Positions 48,106 to 60,225 are shown, counted from the stretch's first letter. The stretch: DNA of 64,000 nt from Candidatus Eiseniibacteriota bacterium (GCA_963717505.1 OY970342.1:2944001-3008000); one strand, 5' to 3'. The notes: a model not told the origin generated them from the letters alone. Program-made: numbers and translations.

Positions 48106-49803
48106 TGTCGCTGCCCGACGCCACGGATCCGGCGGCGCCGTCCGGCGGACCGGCCGTGCACGACCGCTGGGAGGGGCTCGCGGACGCTGATCGCGCGCCC
48201 GGCTGCTGGTCGGCGACGCTCGCGCTGCCGATCGGGGTGCTGCTGCATCCTGCCGCGACCCAGGCGTCGTGGTGGGTGCTGTGGTGGGCGCTGCTGGCGG
48301 TCGGGCGGACTGTCGGCGGTGTTCTGCGCTTGGTGTGCGCATGCGACGCGGCGCCGGCGTCCAGATCTACGCTCCAGATCGGCGCCGACATCGTCCTGGT
48401 CACCGCTGCTCGCGGCGATGACCGGCGGTCGCGAGAGCCAGTTCGTCCTGTTCTACGCGCTGGTGGTGATCACCGGCGGGCTGCTGGCCGCGACTGCCGG
48501 GCGGCCTGCTCGCCGCCGCCGCGGCGTGCTGCGGGTTCCTCGCTCTGCCGTGGATCGCGCAGGCGGCCGGGATGCGCGCCGAGCTGTCGACGGTTTCCGC
48601 CGTGCCGCAACCGGAACTGCTGCTCGCGTTCTGGGGCATGGTCGGCGTGCTGGCCGGCGTGCTCGGCGAGCGGGTCCAGCGCACGCGCGGGCGACCTGGA
48701 GCGCACCGCGCGCGAGCTGGATCGGGTGCGCGTCGACAACGACGTCATCCTTCGTCACCTGACCACCGGGCGTGCTCACCGTCGACGGCCGACGGCGTCG
48801 TGGCCTATCTCAATCCCGGCGGCCGAGCAGGTGCTGAGGCTGCGCACGCTCGAGACGCGCGGCCGCCGTCTGGCGACGGCCCTGCCCGAGCGGCTGGGCG
48901 CGTTGCGCGTCCTGGTCCTGGAAACGCTCGAGCACCGCGCGCCGCGCGCCCGGGTCGAGCTCATGCGTGCAGTCCGCGACCGGCCGTGCCGCTGCCGCTC
49001 GGCATCTCGACCAACCTGCTGATGCACGAAGGCACGGTCACCGGCGTGGTGGCGGTGTTCCAGGACCTGACCGAGGTGCGCGAGATGGAGCGTCGCGCTC
49101 GGCGCAACGAGACGCTGGCCGAGGTCGGCGCGCTGGCGGCCGGCGATCGCGCACGAGCTGCGCAACGGCCTCAATCCGATCAGCGGCTCGGTCGAATGCC
49201 TGCAGCGGGAGCTCAAGCTCGAGGGCGAGAACGCCGTGCTCATGGAGCTGATCGTGACGCGAGTGCGCGCGGCTCAACCGCTTCGTCACCGACCTGCTCG
49301 ACCTACTCGCGCGAGCGTGAACCGTCGCCCGAGGCTCTCGATCTGGAGGACCGACGCTGGCGAGCCCTGTGCGACGAGATCGGGCGCGACCCGCGCTGCG
49401 GTTCCGGGATCCAGGTGCGGTTCGAGCGCGCGGGAGGTTCCGGTCACCGTGCAGGCCGATCCGCGAGCAGATCCGCCAGGTGTGGCTCAACCTGGCGGCG
49501 AATGCGCTCGATGCGATGGGCGAACGCGGAACGCTGACCCTGCGCTGGGAGGAAGGCGATGGCGACCAGGTGGTCGTCGAATTCGCCGACACCGGAACGG
49601 GGATCAAGGCCGAGGACCTGCGAATGGTCGGGCAGCCGTTCTTCACGACGAAGGAAGGAGGCACCGGGCTGGGAGTCGCGATCGCCCAGCGGATCGTCGA
49701 ACGACACGGAGGCCAGCTGACGTTCGACAGCGCTCCGGGCCGTGGGACGTCCGCGCGGGTGGCGCTGCCGGGTGCTGTGATCCATCGGGCTCGCGCGGCA
49801 TAG
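48105..49803 (+). CDS. pilS: PAS-domain sensor histidine kinase, PilS-like (frameshifted consensus)
   Basis: N-terminal TM region, FQDLTE, H-box AHELRN, QVWLNLAANA, DTGTGI, PFFTTKEGGTGLG. Confidence 0.85.
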
Positions 49804-49839
49804 CCGGGTCCAGAACCCATACGAACGAGGGCAAGAACC

Positions 49840-51253
<1,414 letters not shown>

Positions 51254-51257
<4 letters not shown>

Positions 51258-52213
51258 GTTCCGGTCCCGCCATTCGCGTGGCCGGACTCTCGAAGTTCTA
51301 CCGAGGGCACTGGTCTCTGCGCAGCATCCCCGGGTTGGTCGACCTCACGTTCGAGGTTGAGCCCGGCGAGGTCGTGGGCATGCTCGGTCCGAACGGCGCG
51401 GGCAAGACCACGACCCTCAAGCTGCTCACCGGCCTGCTCAAGCCGAGCCGAGGCTCCGGCTGGCTGTTCGGCGAGCCGATCACGAGTCCCTCGAGCCGCC
51501 GTCGGCTCGGGTTCTTGCCCGAGCAACCTTACTTCTACGATTCCCTGAACGGCATCGAGTACCTGGAGCTGGCCGGGCGGTTGTCGGGACTGTCGGTACC
51601 GATGGCGTCGGCGCGCGCGCGCGAATGGCTCGACCGGGTCGGACTCGGGGATCGGCCGCGACTGGTCCTGCGCAAGTACTCCAAGGGAATGCTGCAGCGC
51701 ATCGGGCTCGCCGGCGCGCTGGTGCACGATCCCGAACTGCTGATCCTCGACGAGCCGATGAGTGGGCTGGATCCGTTCGGTCGCCGTGACGTTCGCGAAC
51801 TGATCCGCGACCAGCGCAGCCGCGGCACGACCATCCTGTTCTCGTCCCACATCCTGCCCGACGTCGAGATGCTGTGCGATCGGGTCTTGGTCCTGCGCGA
51901 GGGTCGTCTGGCGATGTCGGCGTCGATTCACGACGTCATGGACCACTGGGCCCATGCGATCGAGGTCCGTTGCGTCGGTTCGCCGCTGCTCGAGTTCCCG
52001 TCGATCTGGCACGAGCGCATCCGCCGCACCGAGCATCCGGACGGCACGTCGCTGTTCCTCGAGGACGTCCGCCTGCTGGACGAGCTGCTGCCGTGGCTCG
52101 TGGCGCGCGGGGTCCGCGTGCGTGCGGTCACGCCCCAGCGCGCGTCCCTCGAGGACCTGCTGGTCGCCCACCAGGACAGTCCCGCCGAGCAGGGGCAGAG
52201 GGTCGGCGCATGA
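51254..52213 (+). CDS. ABC transporter ATP-binding protein (Myxococcus PilH / Geobacter Xap-like)
   Basis: [34 protein letters not shown]; located in the pil cluster. Confidence 0.92.
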
Positions 52214-52974
52214 TCCCGTGGGTCGTGGCGCACAACACGTTCCGCGAGGCGACGCGCGACCGCGTCTTGTCGGGCCTGATCGCGGCCGGCGTAGTGATGC
52301 TGCTCGGCACTCAGATTCTCGGGCTGCTGGCGATGGGTGAGGACCGACGGATCACGATCGATCTCGGCCTGTCGGGGATCTCGATCCTCGGTCTGTTCGC
52401 GGTGATGCTGGTCGGTACGAGCCTGGTCGCCAAGGAAATCGAGCGCCGCACGATCTACAACCTGATCACCCGGCCGATCTCGCGCCATGCCTACCTGCTC
52501 GGCAAGTGGGCGGGGCTGACCGCCGCACTCTGGGTGGTGTGCGCCAGCCTGGGGCTCGCCCTCTACGTACTTCTGTGGTGTCGCGGCTTCACCGGGCACG
52601 GCGCCTCGCTGTTCCAGGCGCTGTACCTGGGCGCGCTCGAGGTTGCGGTGGTCACTGCGGTCGCGGTGTTGTTCTCCACGCTGTCGACCCCGGTCCTGTC
52701 GTCGCTCTACACCCTGGGATTCTTCGCAATCGGCCAGTGGAGCTACGACCTGCGCGACCTGGCTCGGCGACTCCCCGCGATGGTCGGAAGCGGGCTCGAG
52801 GGTCTCGCCAACATCGTGCCCAACCTGCCGGTGTTCAACATGCGCTCGCTGGCGGCGGCCGGCGAGTCGACGACCGTCGAGCATCTGGTGTTGGCCACGC
52901 TCTACGCTCTGGTGTATTGCGGTTGCGCCCTGGCGCTGGCCGCAGCCGCATTCGAGAGCCGCGACTTCAAATGA
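52210..52974 (+). CDS. ABC transporter permease (PilI-like)
   Basis: [30 protein letters not shown]...LLGKW, about 6 TM segments, FESRDFK. Confidence 0.88.
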   Translation: MIPWVVAHNTFREATRDRVLSGLIAAGVVMLLGTQILGLLAMGEDRRITIDLGLSGISILGLFAVMLVGTSLVAKEIERRTIYNLITRPISRHAYLLGKWAGLTAALWVVCASLGLALYVLLWCRGFTGHGASLFQALYLGALEVAVVTAVAVLFSTLSTPVLSSLYTLGFFAIGQWSYDLRDLARRLPAMVGSGLEGLANIVPNLPVFNMRSLAAAGESTTVEHLVLATLYALVYCGCALALAAAAFESRDFK

Positions 52975-53717
52975 TGCTGCCCGGCGCCACCCTCCGCCGC
53001 ATGCTCGTGGCCTGGGCCGTGGCGCTGGCCCTCGGGGTGCTCTCGGCCACGCTTGCGACCAGTGCGTTCCACGTACTTCCCCGCCCGCGACCGCTGGAAG
53101 AACTCTCGTACTACCCGTCGGGCGACCTGCTCCGACCTTCGACGCTCGGACATTCCCAGTCGGCCGCCGACCTGGCTTGGCTGCGGGCGGTCCAGTACTA
53201 CGGCGAACATCGGAAGACCGACAACCAGTTCGTGCGCATGGAACACGTGTTCAACGTCTTGACCAGTCTGGCTCCCGGGTTCGAGTCCGCTTATGTGTTT
53301 GGCGCGTTTGCCCTGGCACAGGAGGGCCGCGACTTCGACGGCGCCGAGCGTCTCATGATGCGGGGGCTCGAGGCCCAGCCGAGCAGCGGACGGCTCGCTT
53401 TCGAAATGGGCTTCCTCTACTACATCCGCCCGGGAGGTCGGGATCTGACCCGCGCCGCGGAGTACTTCGAGCAAGCTGCACGACAGGTGGATGCCCCGTC
53501 CCAGGCCGCACGATTCGCCGCATTCGCCCGGCAGCACTCGGGCAACCTGGCTGTGGCCTATGAGTTGTGGTCGTTGGTTGCGACCGAGAATCCCAATCCA
53601 GCGATGCGCGAAATGGCGGAACGAGAAATGCGAAAGATCCGCGCGGCGCTGGAGTCGGGACGACCGGAAAGTGCGGTGCAAAGCCTTTCGACACCGCGAG
53701 TTCTGCTCGTCAAGTAG
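52971..53717 (+). CDS. Membrane-anchored TPR-like protein (Myxococcus PilG-like)
   Basis: N-terminal TM; ADLAWLRAVQYYG, LTSLAPGFESAY, FEMGFLYY; linked to the ABC pair. Confidence 0.65.
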   Translation: MMLPGATLRRMLVAWAVALALGVLSATLATSAFHVLPRPRPLEELSYYPSGDLLRPSTLGHSQSAADLAWLRAVQYYGEHRKTDNQFVRMEHVFNVLTSLAPGFESAYVFGAFALAQEGRDFDGAERLMMRGLEAQPSSGRLAFEMGFLYYIRPGGRDLTRAAEYFEQAARQVDAPSQAARFAAFARQHSGNLAVAYELWSLVATENPNPAMREMAEREMRKIRAALESGRPESAVQSLSTPRVLLVK

Positions 53718-53928
53718 CTCCAGGACCGGCTGGATTCGCACTGCAGTTTGCACGAAGCGACGTGGGCTGGGGTCGCGAATTCTCTCCTCAAGTCGGAAGA
53801 AGAAACGTTCGATCTTGAGTAGCGAACCCCCGGTTCGCCGGGTGGCGCAGGGTGCGCCGCCGCGGCGGCGCACGGCGATATCGCCGAACGTGCCGGACCA
53901 CGACCGGATCGCATTCAGGGAGTGAGAC

Positions 53929-54981
53929 ATGCTGTTCGGAAAGAAATCATCGCTCGTCGGTCTGGACATCGGCAGCCATACCATCAAGGCCGTCGAGCTC
54001 GAGGCCAACGGCAAGAGCTCGCGGCTCCTGAAGTGGGGCATCTCGGCCCCGATCACCGAGGCCATCGTCGACGGCGAAGTCATGGACCGGCAGCTGGTCA
54101 CGGAGACGATCTCCAGCCTGTTCCAGAGCCGCGGCATCACCTCGAAGAACGTGGTCGCCGCCGTCAGCGGTCGGGCGGTCATCGTCAAGAAGATCCTGAT
54201 GAACACGCTGTCGCCGGAAGACGCCCAGCAGGCGGTCTACTGGGAAGCCGAGCAGCACGTCCCGTACGACATCAACGACGTTTCGCTCGACTTCGAGATC
54301 CTGGGCCCGGCGCCGAGCGATCCCAAGCAGATGCAAGTCCTGCTGGTCGCCGCGAAGAAGGACATGGTCCTGTCCTTCAGCGATCTGATCCGCGACGCCG
54401 GACTGCATCCGCTGATCGTGGACGTCGACTCGTTCGCCGCGCAGAACGCGATCGAGGCGAACTACGACTTCGACCCGACCGACGTGGTCGCGATTCTCAA
54501 CGTCGGCTCCGAGATCACGAACATCGACATCATCCAGGGCGGGGTGCCTTACTTCACCAAGGACATCCAGCTCGGCGGCGGCACGTTCATCGAGGCGGCT
54601 CAACGCAAGTTCAATCTGAGCCAGTCCGAAGCGGCCGCAGCGGTGCGCGGCGAGGGTATGGGAACCGCCGAGATGGCGCCGGTGATCGAACAGGCCTGCG
54701 ACGGCCTGGCGCTGGCCCTCGAGCGCGCCCAGGCCTTCCTGCGCACCGCCGGCGAGGCGGGTCAGATCGGGCGGATCATGCTGTGCGGCGGCAGCGCGCT
54801 GACCCCCGGGTTGCAGGAGTTCCTGGAGCGACGTTTCAACGTACCGACGGAGATTGCGAACCCGCTCACGCGCATCGCCTATGACCCATCCCTGTTCGCG
54901 GGCCAGGACGTCACGCAGGTGGCGCCCATGCTCACGGTCGGGGTCGGACTGGCGCTGCGTCGCCTGGGAGAGAAGAAATGA
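53929..54981 (+). CDS. pilM: Type IV pilus assembly protein PilM
   Basis: VGLDIGSHTIKAVEL, EAEQHVPY, VLLVAAKK, GGSA, VGLALR. Confidence 0.95.
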   Translation: MLFGKKSSLVGLDIGSHTIKAVELEANGKSSRLLKWGISAPITEAIVDGEVMDRQLVTETISSLFQSRGITSKNVVAAVSGRAVIVKKILMNTLSPEDAQQAVYWEAEQHVPYDINDVSLDFEILGPAPSDPKQMQVLLVAAKKDMVLSFSDLIRDAGLHPLIVDVDSFAAQNAIEANYDFDPTDVVAILNVGSEITNIDIIQGGVPYFTKDIQLGGGTFIEAAQRKFNLSQSEAAAAVRGEGMGTAEMAPVIEQACDGLALALERAQAFLRTAGEAGQIGRIMLCGGSALTPGLQEFLERRFNVPTEIANPLTRIAYDPSLFAGQDVTQVAPMLTVGVGLALRRLGEKK

Positions 54982-55547
54982 TTCGCATCAATCTGCTGCC
55001 GCGCGAGGAGAAGGCTCACCGGGAGGTGAACTTCAGCCTCCCCAAGGTCGGCGACCTCGTCCTGCCGATCGTGGTCCTGGCGATCGCCGGGTTGGTCATC
55101 GGAGGCTCGGTCCTGGCGCAACGCTCGCGGATCGCGGATCTCAAGCGCCAGATCGCCGAGATCGACGAGGAGTCCCGCAAGCTGGCGCCGCAGATCGCGC
55201 GCGTGAACCGGCTGGCCCAAGAACGCGCCGAGCTCGACTTGCGACTCGGAATCATCGACAAGCTCGAGCGGGGGCGGTCGCTGAGTGTGCGCGTCCTCGA
55301 CGAGCTGGCCCGCACGCTGCCGGACCACACCTGGCTGATCGCCTCGAATCAGGAGGGCGAGAACCTGTCGATCGAAGGGTACTCGATGTCGAACCTGGCG
55401 ATCTCGGACCTCATGTCGCGACTCGATCGGTCGCCCTTGTTCGCGGGCGTCGAGCTCGAGGTCGCGGAGCGCGCGCAGGTCTCCCAGAAGTTCATCGTCA
55501 AGTTCCGTGTCTCGTGCCGGGTCACCCCGGACGAACCCGCCCAATAG
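54978..55547 (+). CDS. pilN: Type IV pilus assembly protein PilN
   Basis: MIRINLLP motif, TM segment, coiled coil, LPDHTWL. Confidence 0.93.
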   Translation: MIRINLLPREEKAHREVNFSLPKVGDLVLPIVVLAIAGLVIGGSVLAQRSRIADLKRQIAEIDEESRKLAPQIARVNRLAQERAELDLRLGIIDKLERGRSLSVRVLDELARTLPDHTWLIASNQEGENLSIEGYSMSNLAISDLMSRLDRSPLFAGVELEVAERAQVSQKFIVKFRVSCRVTPDEPAQ

Positions 55548-55559
55548 GAGGATGCGATC

Positions 55560-56219
55560 GTGAAGCTCGACCTCAAGAGTCCCGCGGTCCAAAAGGCCCT
55601 CCTCTCCATCCTGTTGGGCGGCGGCGTGACCGCGGTCTACTTCCTCACGCACCTGTTGCCGTTCACCTATCCGAACGTGCACAAGCAGATCACCGAGCTC
55701 AAGACCGAAAAGGACAACAAGGCCAACGAGCTGTCGCGTGCCCGCGCCATCGTCGCGGACCTTCCGCGGTTCGAAGCCGAGTACGAGCAGCTGCACGAGC
55801 GTTGGACGGCGGCGGCCGAGCTGCTGCCGACCGAGCGCCAACTGCCGGTCCTGATGCGCCGGATTTCGCTCGCCGCCCAGCAGAGCGGTGTGGGATTCAC
55901 GATGTTCCGGCCGGCCGGACCGCGAAACGAGCAGCACTACACCGAGACGCCGATCCAGATCGCGGTGTACGGGGATTACCACCAGATCGGTTCATTTCTG
56001 GCGGACCTGGCGAACATGCGCCGGATCGTGACGGTGGCGCACGTGCAGTTGAAGACCAATGCGAACATCCGGGACGTCACGGCATCGGCGGTGGCCGAGT
56101 TCACGGCGTCGTCCTACCACCTGACGACGTCGCGGACGGTGCCCGATGCACCAGCGCCGGCTGCGCCGGCGGGGGCGACCACCGACAAGGAGGGACAGGG
56201 GAATGGAACGGAATCCTGA
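55560..56219 (+). CDS. pilO: Type IV pilus assembly protein PilO
   Basis: TM, coiled coil, LLPTERQLP, GDYHQIGSFL...RIVTV. Confidence 0.92.
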   Translation: MKLDLKSPAVQKALLSILLGGGVTAVYFLTHLLPFTYPNVHKQITELKTEKDNKANELSRARAIVADLPRFEAEYEQLHERWTAAAELLPTERQLPVLMRRISLAAQQSGVGFTMFRPAGPRNEQHYTETPIQIAVYGDYHQIGSFLADLANMRRIVTVAHVQLKTNANIRDVTASAVAEFTASSYHLTTSRTVPDAPAPAAPAGATTDKEGQGNGTES

Positions 56220-57420
56220 TCGCACCGGGTCCCTTCAAGGACGCGGACCGGCGACCGGCGTGACGAGCGCCGTACTGCTGGGTGTGCTGCTGTTGCTGCT
56301 GCCGGTCGCGGCCGCAGCCCAGACGGCCCCACCGGCTGCCGATTCGAGCACGAAGGTGCAGGCGACCCGTTCCACGCCGGCCGTGCCGGCTCCGTCCACA
56401 GTCACCCCGAGCCAGTCCGCCACGACCGTGCCCGCGCCCGGAACGACGACGAAGCCGGCCGCGTCCGCCGTACCCGCTCCGGGAACCGATGCGAAGGCGG
56501 CCCCGGCCCCGGCCTCGCCGACCGCGGCGAAGACTCCCGCGAAGTCCGCGGCCAAGAAGCAGGGCAAGTCGCCGTTCGCGACGGTCGCCGGTGGCACGTC
56601 GTCGACCGCGCGCACCGAGCCAAAGCCGGCGGCTGCACCCGCGCCGACGACGGCTTCTGCGACGACAACCCCGAGCAAGTCTTCGAGCCCGCTGACGGCG
56701 CAGGCCAAGCCGGCCGCTCTGGGCCCGGCGAAGACCGCAGCAGCACCCCAGATGAAGGCGCCCAATCCCGCAACGGGTCCCGCGAAGGCGGCCACCGCGG
56801 CGAACGCGAACACTGCGCCGGCCAAGAGCACGATTCAGGACAAGAGCACCCCCAAGGATCCGACCCTGGCGTCGTCCGAAGCTGCGAAGTCCCCCGCAGC
56901 CCAGGCTCCCGCTGGCGTGAAGCCGGTCGCGGCGCGGCCTTCCGCGCCGGCCCCCAAGCCGACCGCGGTGGCGGGTGGCGCTCCTGCGACTCCCGCGCAA
57001 TCCGAGGCGGCCGAAAGCGAAGTGGTCCGCCGGATCCGCACGGCCAATCCGCAAAAGCCGATGGTGCCGGATGTTTCGATCGAAAAGCGTCAGACGTATC
57101 AGTACAACACCATCGGACGGAGGGATCCGTTCGAGTCCATGGTCGGCAACTTCGTCGGCGATGATGTCGGCGGAAATGCTCCCCCCGACGTCGGTGCCCT
57201 CAAGGTGGTCGGCATCGTCTGGGGCGCGGACAGCTTTGCGCTCGTCGAGGACGCCGCCGGCAACAGCGGCATCCTGCGCCGGGGCGACAAAGTCATGAAC
57301 GGATTCGTCGAGGACCTCAAGCGCGACGCCATGGTCGTCAAGATCACGGCAGACGGTCATTCACAGTCGGTGGCGATCCCACTGACTCGGAAGGGGGATC
57401 AGTCCAATGCGAACCGGTAA
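56203..57420 (+). CDS. pilP: PilP-like protein with about 230-aa Pro/Ala/Thr/Lys-rich linker
   Basis: YNTIGRRDPF and LKVVGIVWG...ALVED...ILRRGD at C-terminus; position between pilO and pilQ. Confidence 0.75.
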   Translation: MERNPDRTGSLQGRGPATGVTSAVLLGVLLLLLPVAAAAQTAPPAADSSTKVQATRSTPAVPAPSTVTPSQSATTVPAPGTTTKPAASAVPAPGTDAKAAPAPASPTAAKTPAKSAAKKQGKSPFATVAGGTSSTARTEPKPAAAPAPTTASATTTPSKSSSPLTAQAKPAALGPAKTAAAPQMKAPNPATGPAKAATAANANTAPAKSTIQDKSTPKDPTLASSEAAKSPAAQAPAGVKPVAARPSAPAPKPTAVAGGAPATPAQSEAAESEVVRRIRTANPQKPMVPDVSIEKRQTYQYNTIGRRDPFESMVGNFVGDDVGGNAPPDVGALKVVGIVWGADSFALVEDAAGNSGILRRGDKVMNGFVEDLKRDAMVVKITADGHSQSVAIPLTRKGDQSNANR

Positions 57421-58759
57421 GGCCCTGATGGGCCTCGCTCTCAATACGCTCCTGGTGCTGTCGGTCGTGACGGGCCCGTCGGCCGCCGCCCAGACGACCG
57501 CGATGGAGCGGGTCGGACTCGAGCGCACGGGCGAAGGGACCTTCAGTCTCGACGTCTCCGGGGCGGACGTCCGTACCGTCTGCAAGGCGATCAGCGAATT
57601 CAGCGGGCGCAACATCGTCGTGGCCGAGGACGTCAAGGCCTCGGTGAGCGTGAACCTGAAGAATGTCGGCTGGCGCGACGCATTGCGCACCGTGCTGCGC
57701 AGCAGCGGACTCGAATACACCGAAGAAGGCGGGATCCTCCGAGTCGACACCGCCGCCAAGCTGTCGTCCGAAGCGGTGGATCGCGAGACCGCGCGGGCCA
57801 AGCAGCAGGAGCTGGTGCCGCTCGAGACCCGGATCATCAAATTGAACTACGCCAACGCCAAGGAGATGGCGACGGCATTGGCCTCGTCCATCACCCGCCG
57901 CGGTTCGATCATGGTCGAGAACCGGACGAACTCGCTGATCGTGTCGGACCTGGAAGACTACGTCGCACGGATCGAGAAGATGGCCGACGAGCTCGACTCC
58001 ACGACGCCGCAGATCGAGATCACCGCCAAGCTGGTCGACGTCGACGTCGAGGCGCTGCGCGGCATCGGCGTGACCTGGGGCGTCGGCGTCGAATCCGACG
58101 TCTGGGAAGACGCCGCCGGCAATCCGACGGTCTTCCCGCCGCTGAACCCCGGTGACGATGTCGACAACGTGCTCGGCGGCCAGCAGAACACGCCGATCGC
58201 CGACCCGGCGGCGGTGGTCAACTACGGCATCATCAAGTCGTGGGGCGGCCTCGAAGCGCAGATCCAAGTGCTGGAGTCGAACCGCAAGGCCAACATCATC
58301 TCGAATCCGCGGATCACGACGGTCGACAACCGTGAAGCCAAGATCATCGTCGGCCAGAAGATTCCGCTGATCGTCAACGACGTCGCGGGCAACCCGGTGT
58401 CCCAGCTGCAGACCATCGGCATCCAGCTGCTGGTGACCCCGCACCTGACCCAGGACAACAAGATCATCATGGACCTGCACCCCGAGGTCAGCGACCTGTC
58501 GAGCCAGAGCACGGTGCAGGGCGGCGTCATCATCAACACCAGCGAGGCCGACACGCGCGTCATGGTCGACGACGGCCAGACCGCGGTGATCGGCGGCCTG
58601 ATCCGCAGCAACACCGGCAAGGTGCGCAAAGGCGTTCCGATCCTGATGGACGTCCCGCTGATCGGCATGCTGTTCCGGTCCGAGAACGACGTTCGGCAGA
58701 ACCGGGAACTCATCATCTTCGTCACCCCGAGGCTGATCGAACCTTCTGCCTCGAACTGA
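57407..58759 (+). CDS. pilQ: Type IV pilus secretin (short, no AMIN domains)
   Basis: FSLDVSGADVR, IKLNYANA, RTNSLIV, QIEITAKLV, IISNPRITT, GQTAVIGGL, VPILMDVPLIGMLF, ELIIFVTPRLI. Confidence 0.93.
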   Translation: MRTGKALMGLALNTLLVLSVVTGPSAAAQTTAMERVGLERTGEGTFSLDVSGADVRTVCKAISEFSGRNIVVAEDVKASVSVNLKNVGWRDALRTVLRSSGLEYTEEGGILRVDTAAKLSSEAVDRETARAKQQELVPLETRIIKLNYANAKEMATALASSITRRGSIMVENRTNSLIVSDLEDYVARIEKMADELDSTTPQIEITAKLVDVDVEALRGIGVTWGVGVESDVWEDAAGNPTVFPPLNPGDDVDNVLGGQQNTPIADPAAVVNYGIIKSWGGLEAQIQVLESNRKANIISNPRITTVDNREAKIIVGQKIPLIVNDVAGNPVSQLQTIGIQLLVTPHLTQDNKIIMDLHPEVSDLSSQSTVQGGVIINTSEADTRVMVDDGQTAVIGGLIRSNTGKVRKGVPILMDVPLIGMLFRSENDVRQNRELIIFVTPRLIEPSASN

Positions 58760-58782
58760 TCGGGTTCGACGAGTCCACTCCT

Positions 58783-58817
58783 TCGGGCCGCCGGGGTTCC
58801 CCGGCGGCCCGAGCGTT
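58783..58817 (+). terminator. Strong GC hairpin after pilQ (probable terminator)
   Basis: TCGGGCCGCCGGG-gttc-CCCGGCGGCCCGA, 13-bp stem, followed by GCGTTT. Confidence 0.6.
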
Positions 58818-58855
58818 TCCCGGCCGATTGCTGCACCTGTGCTAGGCTCGGGCGC

Positions 58856-59392
58856 GTGGCGGAATCCCGATTCGGATCGCGGCCGATTGCGTTCGTGGGC
58901 ATCGCCGGTTCGGGGAAGAGCACCGTGGCGCGCCAGCTCGCGGCCCGACTCGGAGGTCCCTGCGTGAGCCTTGATGCGCGCGTGGCCGAAGCCGCAGGAT
59001 GCTCGATCACGGAACTGTTCGCGCGCGAGGGAGAAAGCGCGTTCCGCGCCCACGAAGCGGACGCCCTGGCCCGGGCGGTCGACGATTCGCCCGCGGTGAT
59101 CGATTGCGGGGGCGGGGTCGTACTCGATCCGCGAAATCGAGCGCTGCTCAAGGAGCGATGCCGGACGGTCTGGCTCGAGGTCTCGCCCGCCGAGGCCCTG
59201 TGTCGAATGGGTTCGCAGGCGGCGTCGCGCCCGCTCCTCGCGGGGGTAACTCCATCGGTCCTGCTGGATCGCCAGCTCCAGGTTCGCGGCCCCCTCTATG
59301 AAGAGGTGGCGACCTGGCGCATCGCCACCGGCAGTCGGGAGGTCGAAGCCGTGGTCGGAGAAATCGTGCAACGCCTCGGGAAATCCGGATGA
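58856..59392 (+). CDS. aroK: Shikimate kinase
   Basis: GIAGSGKSTV, GESAFR, CGGGVV, SRPLL, RGPLYEEVA; conserved pilQ-aroK order. Confidence 0.93.
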   Translation: MAESRFGSRPIAFVGIAGSGKSTVARQLAARLGGPCVSLDARVAEAAGCSITELFAREGESAFRAHEADALARAVDDSPAVIDCGGGVVLDPRNRALLKERCRTVWLEVSPAEALCRMGSQAASRPLLAGVTPSVLLDRQLQVRGPLYEEVATWRIATGSREVEAVVGEIVQRLGKSG

Positions 59393-60225
59393 CCCGGGAG
59401 ACCTGTAAACGCGGAGCCGCGACTCACCTTGCGATCCTGGCGCTGGCCGTGATCCTGGCGGGGGCTCTGGCCTCGTGCGCGAAAGCGCCGGTGGTCGGCG
59501 AGCTCGACCCATCGAGCCGCCGGCAGCGTTTCGAAATCGCACTCGCGAAACGAGCGCAGGCGGTGGGATTCGAGGCCGACCTGTTGGCCTGGCCGCACGT
59601 CGAGGGCTGGCGCGAGCTGCCCGGCCTCCAGGCTCGCGTGTTGGTCGGCGCTCCGGATGCGGTTCGCATGCGAATCGGCTCGTGGTTCGGAACCGCCGTC
59701 GATCTTTCGGCGCGCGGCGACAGCGTGACCGCCTTACTCCCCGGTCGCCGAGTTGCATTCGTGACCGCTCATGCCCGCGAGTCGCTGGGCGTTGCGATCC
59801 CCGGAGATCTCGGCTATCGAGTCCTGAGCGGTGTCTGGACGCCGCCCGCGAACGCCTGGGCGGACTCGGCTTCCCTCGACTCGCTGCTCGTGATTTCGTG
59901 GAGAGATTCAGGGGAAGATTTGGACGCCGATCTGCGTATGGCGGTCGGGACTTCGGGACTTCCGGCATGGGTCGAGCTTTCAACGGCCGACGACACGTTG
60001 CAGGTCAACTACGCCGCCTGGCGGGCGTGGGCCGGAGTCTGGTGCCCGGCGCGTCTCGAGGTCCGGGAGCGGTCGGGAACGTTCGACGTCCGTTTCCGGC
60101 TCGATGGCATTCGGTTCCGCGATGGGATCGGGCGGACCCAGTTCACGGTGCCGATCCCCGAAGGCACCGAGCGGTTCGACGCGGAGGATTTGCGGGAAGC
60201 GTTCGCGGAAGGAGGGGGTTCGTGA
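59389..60225 (+). CDS. Lipoprotein, DUF4292/LolB-like
   Basis: Lipobox LAS-C; beta-rich; C-terminal PARLEV...FTVPIPEG; adjacent to LolA-like gene. Confidence 0.55.
   Translation: MTRETCKRGAATHLAILALAVILAGALASCAKAPVVGELDPSSRRQRFEIALAKRAQAVGFEADLLAWPHVEGWRELPGLQARVLVGAPDAVRMRIGSWFGTAVDLSARGDSVTALLPGRRVAFVTAHARESLGVAIPGDLGYRVLSGVWTPPANAWADSASLDSLLVISWRDSGEDLDADLRMAVGTSGLPAWVELSTADDTLQVNYAAWRAWAGVWCPARLEVRERSGTFDVRFRLDGIRFRDGIGRTQFTVPIPEGTERFDAEDLREAFAEGGGS

Noticed and set aside
57344-59983. Long minus-strand ORFs (e.g. 879 aa here and 832 aa at 14769-17267)
   Set aside because: Antisense shadows of high-GC3 plus-strand genes, with no motifs.
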